Positions 1 through 8,028 of a DNA stretch of 49,300 nt are shown here, one piece after another. The notes below the pieces were generated by a model. The model saw nothing but the letters and a program-made list of their open reading frames with translations. It was not told the origin of the DNA and ran no database searches. A program made the position numbers and the translations under genes. Numbering within the stretch: position 1 is the stretch's first letter; each line of letters opens with the position of its first letter. The stretch is from Desulfobacteraceae bacterium (GTDB taxonomy: Bacteria; Desulfobacterota; DSM-4660; Desulfatiglandales; Desulfatiglandaceae), in NCBI GenBank assembly GCA_030642205.1, contig DAOWOF010000001.1, positions 1 to 49,300 of the forward strand, given 5' to 3'.

Positions 1-290
1 AGTGCTTAAAATCTTTATCTTTTTTGAAATTAAACGTAACCTTAGAGGTTCCAACTTATTCAAATCGATATGAAAAATCGCTCTTTGTGGATAGGTAGTA
101 TCTAATTGTTTTAGCTTTGCTTTTTTTCCTGGATATGATATTTTTTAATTGAATAAAAGATTTTTTTGATCAATTAACTGGATTAATTTCAATGCGCTTA
201 ATTTGCCCAAAGTCAAGTGTAAAAGATAAATTTACCATAAAAAATGGGCAAAAGAGGGCTTTTGAAATTGAAATGGCAAAGATATAATTT

Positions 291-1052
291 ATGGGTAATA
301 TAATTTCCATTACCAACCAGAAAGGTGGAGTAGGTAAAACCACAACTGCGATTAATCTGGCTGCCTCGCTTGCTGCTGCTGATAAGAGCTGTCTTTTGAT
401 CGATAGTGATCCACAGGGGAATGCAACCACTGGGATGGGAGTTGATCGTATTTCCTTAAAAAATGGGCTTTTTAAATTTATGGTGGAAGATGCTCAGGAA
501 GAAGAGGTAATCAAAAAAACAAATATTCCCGGACTTGATTTCATTGGAGCAAGTATGGACCTTGTCGGGGCTGAAATTGAGATGTCCGATTTAGAGGACA
601 AAGAATACTGCCTGCGCAAAAAGCTTATTAATTTAAGAAGAAAATATAAATATATTTTTATTGATTGCCCTCCTTCATTGGGTTTTCTGACGATTAATGC
701 CCTGACAGCTGCTGATACCATTCTGGTCCCTCTTCAATGTGAATATTATGCCTTAGAAGGATTGTCTCAACTTTTAACAACGGTCAACGCCCTCAAAAAA
801 AGGCTTAATCCTAATTTGGGTTTAATGGGCATCCTTTTGACTATGTATGATAAACGAAATAATATTTCACAACAGGTTGCAGAAGAGGTAAGGTCTCATT
901 TCAAAAGTAAGGTGTTTAAAACTGTAATCCCGCGCAATGTACGTTTGAGTGAGGCTCCCAGTTATGGAAAGCCAATCCTGCTTTATGATATCAATTGCAA
1001 AGGGGCTCAAAGTTATCTTGCATTAGCAACAGAAATGATCAAAAAGGGATAA
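291..1052 (+). CDS. parA: ParA/Soj chromosome-partitioning ATPase
   Basis: 253-aa ORF with the N-terminal deviant Walker A (NQKGGVGKTTTAINLA). Typical ParA/Soj length. parB follows 8 nt downstream. Confidence 0.95.
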   Translation: MGNIISITNQKGGVGKTTTAINLAASLAAADKSCLLIDSDPQGNATTGMGVDRISLKNGLFKFMVEDAQEEEVIKKTNIPGLDFIGASMDLVGAEIEMSDLEDKEYCLRKKLINLRRKYKYIFIDCPPSLGFLTINALTAADTILVPLQCEYYALEGLSQLLTTVNALKKRLNPNLGLMGILLTMYDKRNNISQQVAEEVRSHFKSKVFKTVIPRNVRLSEAPSYGKPILLYDINCKGAQSYLALATEMIKKG

Positions 1053-1060
1053 AACTAATA

Positions 1061-1915
1061 ATGGCAAAACGAAAAGTTCTCGGAAGAGGTTTATCAGCCT
1101 TGATTCCCGAAGCAAATAAATTGATTGATAAAGAAGTAAAATATTTTGAGTGTTCTGTTGATGAAATAGAGCCCAATCCCTATCAACCCAGGGAAGATTT
1201 TTCGTCCTCTCGTATGGAAGAAATGGTGAACTCAGTAAAAGAAAAGGGGATTATCACGCCGTTGTTAGTAAATAAAATTGATTCGGGATATCAACTGATT
1301 GCAGGAGAACGGCGCTGGCGTTCAGCCAAACAGGCAGGGCTAAAACATGTACCAGTGGTGGTACGTAATGTTTCTCTAACTGAGTCATTGGAGCTGGCAC
1401 TAATAGAAAATATTCATCGAAAAGATCTCAATCCCATAGAAGAAGCTACTGCCTATAAAAAATTATTAGATGATTCAGGGCGTAGTCAGGAATCCCTTGC
1501 CAAATTATTGGGAAAAAATCGTACAACTATTACCAATATGCTGAGGTTGTTAAATTTACCCATATATATCCAGCAAGATTTAATTTATGATCGGCTTTCC
1601 ATGGGGCACGCTCGCTTGCTGGCCGGCATAAAGGATGAGGCATTACAGCAATTTTTAAGAGATATTATTATCAAAAAATCCCTGACGGTTCGTCAGGCAG
1701 AGTCACTGGCAAGGGTCAAACAATCTTCTGCTAAAAAACAACCATCTCAGAAGCAGGATTTAGAAATGGATTATTATATACAATCATTGGCGGATAATCT
1801 TAAACGCTCCTTTGGCACCAAAGTTGATATCAAGAGAAAAGGACAGAAAGGTAAAATTATTCTTCACTTTTATTCTGATGATGAATTGGATCGGTTGCTC
1901 AATATTTTAAACTAA
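1061..1915 (+). CDS. parB: ParB/Spo0J partition protein
   Basis: The track ORF starts at 995 and overlaps parA. The ATG at 1061 gives MAKRKVLGRGLSALIP, a canonical ParB N-terminus. A GERRWRSAK box and an HTH region are present. Confidence 0.93.
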   Translation: MAKRKVLGRGLSALIPEANKLIDKEVKYFECSVDEIEPNPYQPREDFSSSRMEEMVNSVKEKGIITPLLVNKIDSGYQLIAGERRWRSAKQAGLKHVPVVVRNVSLTESLELALIENIHRKDLNPIEEATAYKKLLDDSGRSQESLAKLLGKNRTTITNMLRLLNLPIYIQQDLIYDRLSMGHARLLAGIKDEALQQFLRDIIIKKSLTVRQAESLARVKQSSAKKQPSQKQDLEMDYYIQSLADNLKRSFGTKVDIKRKGQKGKIILHFYSDDELDRLLNILN

Positions 1916-1950
1916 GGACTTGTCCGGAAATAAGTTGGACAAGTCCCAAG
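1913..1950. repeat. REP-like hairpin element, copy a (AAGGACTTGTCC-GGAAATAAGTT-GGACAAGTCC)
   Basis: Perfect 10-bp stem, 1916-1925 with 1937-1946. Starts at the parB stop codon. Same stem and loop sequence family as 17841, 25823 and 39225. Confidence 0.7.
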
Positions 1951-2089
1951 GAACTGAGAATATTGAATTCAGGTTCTTCAGAATAATATGTAGACAGTAA
2001 GGTGTTGTTCTAAAACGGTAAGTATAATTAGCATGTGGAAGGTCTTTTTTATTGGCTAAAATACAGGGTAGTCTCAGGAGTTGTAAAAC

Positions 2090-2506
2090 GTGAAATTAAT
2101 GATAATGGATGGGCAAGGGGGCGGGATAGGATCGACTATTATTAAGGGTCTTAGAGAGAGACTTGGTCATGATATTGAAATACTTGCCTTGGGCACAAAT
2201 TCTATCGCCACTTCCCGAATGATGAAGGCCGGAGCCAACAGGGGAGCCACTGGTGAAAATACAATTGTCAGGACAAGTATGCTTGTGGATGTAATTATTG
2301 GACCATTGGCTATTATTATGGCCAACTCAATGTTGGGAGAAGTAACCTCCAGGATGGCTAGTGCTGTAAGTTCAAGTAGTGCTAAAAAGATATTAATTCC
2401 CCTAAACCAGGAAAATGTTCAGGTTATTGGCGTCTCAGGTGAACCATTACCACATTTGGTAAACAAGGTTGTAAATATTATAAGGGAAATGAATCAACAT
2501 GTGTGA
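2090..2506 (+). CDS. DUF3842-family protein
   Basis: 138-aa ORF with N-terminal MDGQGGGIGSTIIKGLRE, matching my recollection of DUF3842 proteins. GGAG lies 10 nt upstream of the GTG at 2090; ATGs at 2099 and 2105 are alternative starts. Confidence 0.65.
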   Translation: MKLMIMDGQGGGIGSTIIKGLRERLGHDIEILALGTNSIATSRMMKAGANRGATGENTIVRTSMLVDVIIGPLAIIMANSMLGEVTSRMASAVSSSSAKKILIPLNQENVQVIGVSGEPLPHLVNKVVNIIREMNQHV

Positions 2507-2687
2507 ATCAACAGCTTATATATTAAAAAATGGCGTGGAAGAATTAGTCCTTGAGAGCGTTGACAGTATCGAGGATCTTGGAAACGGAATCAAATTGCGT
2601 AGTATGTTTGGAGAAGAAATTAAAATAAAAGCAAGGTTTAAAACATTGTCTCTTGTGGATCACAAGATTATCCTGGAGTCATATTAG
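2499..2687 (+). CDS. CooT-family small nickel-binding protein
   Basis: 62 aa starting with Met-Cys (MCESTAYILKNG...). Size and pattern are those of CooT. Overlaps the upstream gene by 8 nt (ATGTGTGA). Confidence 0.65.
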   Translation: MCESTAYILKNGVEELVLESVDSIEDLGNGIKLRSMFGEEIKIKARFKTLSLVDHKIILESY

Positions 2688-3292
2688 GATATCGGAAATT
2701 TATTCAGCGCTCTTATTTTAACAAGTGCTTTAATCAGGTCGCATAAAGGTAGCCCAACAACATTTGAATAAGAGCCTGAAATGCTTTCAACCATAAATGC
2801 CCCAATCCCCTGGATAGCATAGCTCCCTGCCTTGCCATATGGTTCTTCGGTGTTTATATAAGCATCTATTTCTTGTTCTGTAAGCTTTTTAAAATAGACA
2901 TTGGTGGTAATCGCTTCCAGGCTGGCCATCTGACCTGATGGGTCTAAAATACATATGCCGGTTATGACCGCATGCCTCCTTCCATTCAGCAATAACAACA
3001 TCTGTCTTGCTTCTCTGGTATCTTTTGGTTTCCCAAGCAGTTGATTACCCGACAGCACCAGTGTATCAGCTCCAAGAACCCAGTAACTGCCAATAACAGC
3101 CTTAACACTTGCTGCCTTCTTTTGAGCTAAATGACAGCAAAGTTCTTCTGGAATAAAGCCTGTTTCATTCTCTATGATGTTACTTGCTTGAATTCGGAAA
3201 GGAATACCTGTTTGTATCAGAAGTTCTTCTCTGCGTGGAGAAGCTGAAGCCAGAATCAAAGGATTCTCTGTGCTGATAAATGGAAATTTCAT
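2684..3292 (-). CDS. maf: Maf-family nucleoside triphosphate pyrophosphatase
   Basis: Contains LILASASPRREELL and a C-terminal GAFMVESISGSYSNVVGLPL. The ATG at 3292 avoids overlap with tatD; the track start at 3325 is the alternative. Confidence 0.85.
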   Translation of the reverse strand: MKFPFISTENPLILASASPRREELLIQTGIPFRIQASNIIENETGFIPEELCCHLAQKKAASVKAVIGSYWVLGADTLVLSGNQLLGKPKDTREARQMLLLLNGRRHAVITGICILDPSGQMASLEAITTNVYFKKLTEQEIDAYINTEEPYGKAGSYAIQGIGAFMVESISGSYSNVVGLPLCDLIKALVKIRALNKFPIS

Positions 3293-3299
3293 AAATGAT

Positions 3300-4058
3300 C
3301 TACAAATCAAAAAGGGCTTTGGCATTATTGGTGGTTTGTCGGGCCAGGTCTGCCAGGGTTATATTTCTCAGGCGCGCCACTTCTTGAGCCGTATAAGATA
3401 CAAAAAAAGGTTCATTTCGCTTGCCTCTTTTGGGAACTGGCGCCAAAAAGGGAGCATCAGTTTCCAGGAGCATAGATTCAATAGGAATACTGGATGCCAC
3501 CTCCTTTGTTAAAATAGCATTCTTATAAGTTACTACTCCGGGAATTGAGATATAATATCCTAATTCTATAAAAGCCAAGGCCAGTTCCTTGTCACCTGAA
3601 AAGCAATGGATAACGCCCTTGCCTTTTCCATATTTTTTTAAAATATCATATACTTGAGTGTGAGCTTCTCGATCGTGGATAATGACCGGCAGATCCAGGT
3701 CATTGGCTAGTTTTAGTTGAAGCTTAAAGAAATCCAGCTGGTCTGAGGGCGAAGAATAGCCTCGATAAAAATCGAGTCCGATTTCTCCCCATGCGACCAC
3801 CTTGGAATCTCCTGCCAATTGGGTTACCTGATCAATATATTTCAAAGAGGATGGGCCGGCATTATGAGGATGATAACCAACTGATGCATATATGGAATCG
3901 TTCTGGTGCGCTAGTTCTATTGCTTTTTTGGAGCTATTATAATCAATTCCCACAGTGATTATATGAGAGAGGCCTCCTTCTAAGGCAGTTTTAATAACTT
4001 GCTCTCTATCCTGGTCAAATTCATGTAAATCCAGGTGGGCGTGTGTGTCAATTAACAT
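3300..4058 (-). CDS. TatD-family metal-dependent hydrolase
   Basis: MLIDTHAHLDL start at 4058. Later HCFSG and ETDAPFL motifs are typical of TatD. The 43 upstream codons of the track ORF are unlikely to be coding. Confidence 0.85.
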   Translation of the reverse strand: MLIDTHAHLDLHEFDQDREQVIKTALEGGLSHIITVGIDYNSSKKAIELAHQNDSIYASVGYHPHNAGPSSLKYIDQVTQLAGDSKVVAWGEIGLDFYRGYSSPSDQLDFFKLQLKLANDLDLPVIIHDREAHTQVYDILKKYGKGKGVIHCFSGDKELALAFIELGYYISIPGVVTYKNAILTKEVASSIPIESMLLETDAPFLAPVPKRGKRNEPFFVSYTAQEVARLRNITLADLARQTTNNAKALFDL

Positions 4059-4255
4059 GCTTTCAAATATATCTCTCAAGTTTATCACCTTATCTGACAA
4101 TAAAATGGACATAGGCATAATTAAAAAAATATCTGTTTGGCTCATATTTGCCAAGCACAAATTTTGATGCGATACTAATAAGCCCATCTATTTTTTCGTT
4201 TGGTATACTATATTTTCTTTTTTATTTCTTTAAAAATATATTGGTTGCTAAAACA

Positions 4256-6574
4256 ATGTCTCAATTAAAAGAAGAACAAATATTTCCTGAAAAAAAACGG
4301 TTGCTTGAGACGCAATTAGCTTACCAAAAAAAACTCAATAATATTACCAATCAAATTCACTCTGCCAATAATACAAATGAAATTTTATTGAACCTCCAAG
4401 GCGAAATTCTGGGTCTTTTTGACGCTGATCGTATTACAGTCTACTTGATTGATGGGATAAAGAAACAAATAGTATCCAGATTCAAGACAGGTAATGAAAT
4501 AAAAGAAATCAGAATACCTATTGACTGCCGGAGTCTTTCCGGTTTTTGTGCAGCTACCGGCAAAGTAATGAATTTCAACAATGTTTATGACAAAGAGGAA
4601 CTAAAAAAGCTTAGTCCTCAATTGGTATTTGATCAGAGCTGGGATAAAAAATCAAACTATAAAACAACGCAGGTGCTTGTAGCCCCCATTTTTTATAATA
4701 AATTTATGCTTGGAGTCATCCAGGTCATCAATAAAAAAGGGAATACGGCTTTTACCAAGGCTGATCAGATAGCGATTCTGGATATCGCCAAAGTCCTGGG
4801 ATTGGCATTTTATAAAAATCAAAAAGCGTCCAAAAAAGATAAACCGACTAAATTTGAATTTCTTATTACAAATAATATAATAAGCGGCAAAGATCTTGCC
4901 GAGGCTATGTCACGCGCCAGGAAAACAAAAAGAACCATAGGCTCAATTTTAATTTCCGATTTCCAGGTATCAAAAGATGATATAGGCAAATCTCTTTCCA
5001 ATTTTTTCAATACCCGCTTTATTCCCTATGATGATAAAATGGTCATCCCTGGCCAGCTACTCAAAGGCCTGAAGGTCAATTTCCTGAAAAACAATCTTTT
5101 TGTGCCTATTGCCCAGGATAGGGAAAAAGTAATTATAAGCATGGGAGATCCAAGCAATCTTCCAGTAAAAGATACTATAAAAAGAATTATTCCTGCCAAA
5201 GAGTATGAATATTGTGTGTCTACCAAGGATGATATTTTTAATATGATTGATCTGTTCTTTGATGTGAAAAGAACAGAAATGATGACCGATTCCGGCAGTA
5301 TCGAAGACATTCTGGGGCAGTTAGATAGCGTTGATGATGATGAAATGGACGCTAGTTTTGATAGTTTATCGGAGGATGACAGCGCCATTGTCAAGCTTGT
5401 CAATAAAATGATTGTAGATGCCTATAATAGAGATGCATCTGATATCCATGTTGAACCTGGTCAAGGGAAGGATAATGCGGAAATACGATTCAGGATAGAT
5501 GGGTCCTGCCAAATTTATCAAACTATTCCATACACTTATAAGAGGGCTATAGTCTCCAGACTCAAGATCATGTCTGACCTCGATATCGCTGAAAGGAGAC
5601 TCCCGCAGGATGGTAAAATAAAATTCAGAAAATTTGCTCCACTTGATATCGAGCTCAGGGTCGCTACTATTCCTTCTGTTGGGCAGAATGAGGATGTGGT
5701 TATGCGTATCCTTGCCTCGGGAGATCCTATTCCTTTAGAAAAAATGGGCATGAGTGAAAGAAATTATAATTCTTTTATAGATCTGGTAAGCAGACCTTAT
5801 GGTATTATCCTGGTAGTCGGACCTACGGGTAGCGGTAAAACAACTACCCTGCATGCGGGTCTTGGTTATATTAATAAGCCTGAAACAAAGATATGGACTG
5901 CTGAAGATCCTGTTGAGATAACGCAGAAAGGCTTGCGTCAGGTGCAGGTACAGGCAAAAATAGGATTTAATTTCGCAACAGCCATGCGTGCCTTTTTAAG
6001 GGCTGATCCAGATGTTATTATGGTGGGCGAAATGCGTGACCATGAAACAGTTTCAACAGGAATTGAAGCTTCTTTAACAGGCCATTTAGTATTCAGTACA
6101 CTCCATACAAATAGTGCCCCTGAAACAATAACCAGGCTTTTAGATATGGGAATGGACCCATTTAATTTTGCAGATGCTTTATTAGGTGTTCTTGCTCAAC
6201 GTCTGGTGCGAACACTTTGTAAGGATTGTAAGGAAAAATATCATCCTGATAGAAAAGAGTTTGAGGCCCTGGAGAGGGCATATAATGGAGATTTTAATGG
6301 CCTCGGATTTGAGTATAATGACGATTTTTTCCTATATAAGCCTGCTGGTTGCGCTCAATGTGGGAACACAGGCTATAGGGGCAGAACAGGAATTCATGAA
6401 TTGCTTATTGGAACAGATCCCATGAAAAGTCTTATCCAGGACCGAGCCAAAATGGAGGATTTAAGAAAGCAATCTATTGAAGATGGAATGACAACCCTGT
6501 TGCAGGATGGCATCCGCAAGGTCTGCTTAGGTCAAACAGATCTTTTACAAGTTAGAAAAGTGTGCATTAAATAA
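4256..6574 (+). CDS. GspE/PulE/PilB-family secretion ATPase with N-terminal GAF-like domain
   Basis: Walker [11 protein letters not shown], Walker B/Asp box VIMVGEMRD, His box and a tetracysteine CKDC...CAQC are present. The N-terminal ~200 aa looks like GAF (ends LGVIQVINKK). The ATG at 4256 (MSQLKEEQ) is preferred over the track start at 4148. Confidence 0.85.
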   Translation: MSQLKEEQIFPEKKRLLETQLAYQKKLNNITNQIHSANNTNEILLNLQGEILGLFDADRITVYLIDGIKKQIVSRFKTGNEIKEIRIPIDCRSLSGFCAATGKVMNFNNVYDKEELKKLSPQLVFDQSWDKKSNYKTTQVLVAPIFYNKFMLGVIQVINKKGNTAFTKADQIAILDIAKVLGLAFYKNQKASKKDKPTKFEFLITNNIISGKDLAEAMSRARKTKRTIGSILISDFQVSKDDIGKSLSNFFNTRFIPYDDKMVIPGQLLKGLKVNFLKNNLFVPIAQDREKVIISMGDPSNLPVKDTIKRIIPAKEYEYCVSTKDDIFNMIDLFFDVKRTEMMTDSGSIEDILGQLDSVDDDEMDASFDSLSEDDSAIVKLVNKMIVDAYNRDASDIHVEPGQGKDNAEIRFRIDGSCQIYQTIPYTYKRAIVSRLKIMSDLDIAERRLPQDGKIKFRKFAPLDIELRVATIPSVGQNEDVVMRILASGDPIPLEKMGMSERNYNSFIDLVSRPYGIILVVGPTGSGKTTTLHAGLGYINKPETKIWTAEDPVEITQKGLRQVQVQAKIGFNFATAMRAFLRADPDVIMVGEMRDHETVSTGIEASLTGHLVFSTLHTNSAPETITRLLDMGMDPFNFADALLGVLAQRLVRTLCKDCKEKYHPDRKEFEALERAYNGDFNGLGFEYNDDFFLYKPAGCAQCGNTGYRGRTGIHELLIGTDPMKSLIQDRAKMEDLRKQSIEDGMTTLLQDGIRKVCLGQTDLLQVRKVCIK

Positions 6575-6646
6575 TTTAATATCAAAATTTGTTTTCTAAT
6601 TAGCTCGGTTTTGAAGGTCGTGGACGAAAAAAATATTTTGATGCCA

Positions 6647-7846
6647 TCAATATTTAAACTGTCCTTTTTCATAAATTATAACTTTTTTACCATCTGTAAG
6701 CTCGGCTTGTACTATTTTTTCCTCTGTGTTTACAAGGTCCCAATGAAGAGCTGAATCATTGAAGCCTAATGTGTTTTTAATTTCTTTTGTAAGTTCAGTT
6801 GGGTCACCATCATAGGTATCGGTATAAGAAGATCCCATGGCTATATGACAATTGCCATGACGTCCGCCATAGTTTTCATCGAAAAGGGTATTAGCCATAA
6901 ATTTATTAATCCTTGAAAAACGTTTATCTGTAAGAGAAAATTCACCTAGTCTGGATGCCCCGCGATCCATGGCTAATTGTTGCTGAACAAATTGGAGCCC
7001 TTTTTTTGCCTTAATCTCTTTTAATACTCCTTTTTTAAAAAAGAGATGGATACCCTCAACATAATTTCCGTTTCGAAAAGATGGTTGATTAGCGTAATAT
7101 TGTCCTTCGGTCTTGTGCCAATCAGGGGAAAGAAAGAGTTCAAAACTTGGAATATTATGGCCTGAGATGCCAATCCATTTACGTTTTTTACCTGGCGCAA
7201 TTCGTAAATCTATTTGATTCCCTGTAATATGATAATATTTGACATCCATACTATTAATCCAGGTTTTGATCGTCATGGCATTCTTATGAATTTCTTTCCA
7301 GGCGCGAACAGGATCCTTTTTATCCAGATAACATGCCCTAATAATTTGATTAGTATATTCTTTAGGAGTTAACTGTGCATATTTAGCCAATTCTTCTGTA
7401 GGAGAAACGCAAAGAGTCCATCCAAATTTTCCTTGTTCTTCCCGTTCATTGAGGATGTCACGCAAAAATTTTCTTGCCACTGCTGCTTTACCAATTTTCT
7501 TTGGATCAATCTGGCTAAGATGGGTTAGCGATTCAGGGGCTCGTAAGAAGATGTTTCCATTGACATTTTCCATTAACTCCTTTTGGCCTGGCGCAGTGAA
7601 AGCGAGTTGATTCTTGTTGGCCAAATTATAAAAATCATACTCAATAACAGGCGAGATCACTGGCCTCATAATTGGATTCATACCCATTTCCAGGATTTTT
7701 TTATGCAGGACCTCGGCCAATTTTAAAGCCGCCGGGTCAAATCTTATAAGGATCTTATCCCCTCTTTTATAAGTTTCCTTCCTTGCTGTTTTAAGCCCCC
7801 ATAAAAGCACGTCTGCGTATTTTATTATTTGTAATTTTGTGAGCAT
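6647..7846 (-). CDS. M29-family (AmpS/PepS-type) aminopeptidase
   Basis: 399-aa ORF. Overall pattern (FDENYGGRHGNCHIAMG..., HWDLV near the C-terminus) matches thermophilic metalloaminopeptidase family M29. Confidence 0.75.
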   Translation of the reverse strand: MLTKLQIIKYADVLLWGLKTARKETYKRGDKILIRFDPAALKLAEVLHKKILEMGMNPIMRPVISPVIEYDFYNLANKNQLAFTAPGQKELMENVNGNIFLRAPESLTHLSQIDPKKIGKAAVARKFLRDILNEREEQGKFGWTLCVSPTEELAKYAQLTPKEYTNQIIRACYLDKKDPVRAWKEIHKNAMTIKTWINSMDVKYYHITGNQIDLRIAPGKKRKWIGISGHNIPSFELFLSPDWHKTEGQYYANQPSFRNGNYVEGIHLFFKKGVLKEIKAKKGLQFVQQQLAMDRGASRLGEFSLTDKRFSRINKFMANTLFDENYGGRHGNCHIAMGSSYTDTYDGDPTELTKEIKNTLGFNDSALHWDLVNTEEKIVQAELTDGKKVIIYEKGQFKY

Positions 7847-8028
7847 TTTAACTCCAGACTTCGTGAATTGAATTTTATTATTTGCCTAACACTTTAACAT
7901 CAATGAATAATATTAGAATAGATAGAAAAAATATTTCAGGGGAGTTAACCACTGTAAAACAATAAAAGGATTAATCCCAAAAAATAGTGACTGTAATAAT
8001 CGTTTTATTAAAATGATGTCCGGATAGA

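Noticed and set aside
86-94. DnaA-box-like TGTGGATAG upstream of parA, a possible oriC hint
   Set aside because: It is a single site with one mismatch. No cluster of boxes or AT-rich 13-mers could be shown, which is insufficient for an origin call.
170-430. 86-aa minus-strand track ORF overlapping the parA start
   Set aside because: It is antisense to the strongly supported parA Walker A region, with no RBS and no recognisable motif.
995-1060. N-terminal extensions of track ORFs (parB 995, GspE 4148, TatD up to 4187, PEP-CTERM 17163, Maf 3325)
   Set aside because: The extensions overlap neighbouring genes or lack homology. Internal ATGs give canonical N-termini, several with good SD sequences.
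2082-2098. parS-like sequence TGTAAAACGTGAAATTA downstream of parB
   Set aside because: Only the central ACGTGAAA half resembles TGTTTCACGTGAAACA, the left arm does not match, and it overlaps the start of the DUF3842 gene. No convincing parS was seen in the window.
5026-5403. Antisense track ORFs inside well-supported genes (for example 4819-5010, 5026-5403, 5536-5751, 8477-8773, 28047-28466, 29152-29478, 38603-38878, 40105-40542, 42518-43057, 43073-43372, 44180-44500)
   Set aside because: Each lies fully within a longer ORF on the opposite strand that has clear family motifs. Their compositions are low-complexity mirror images.
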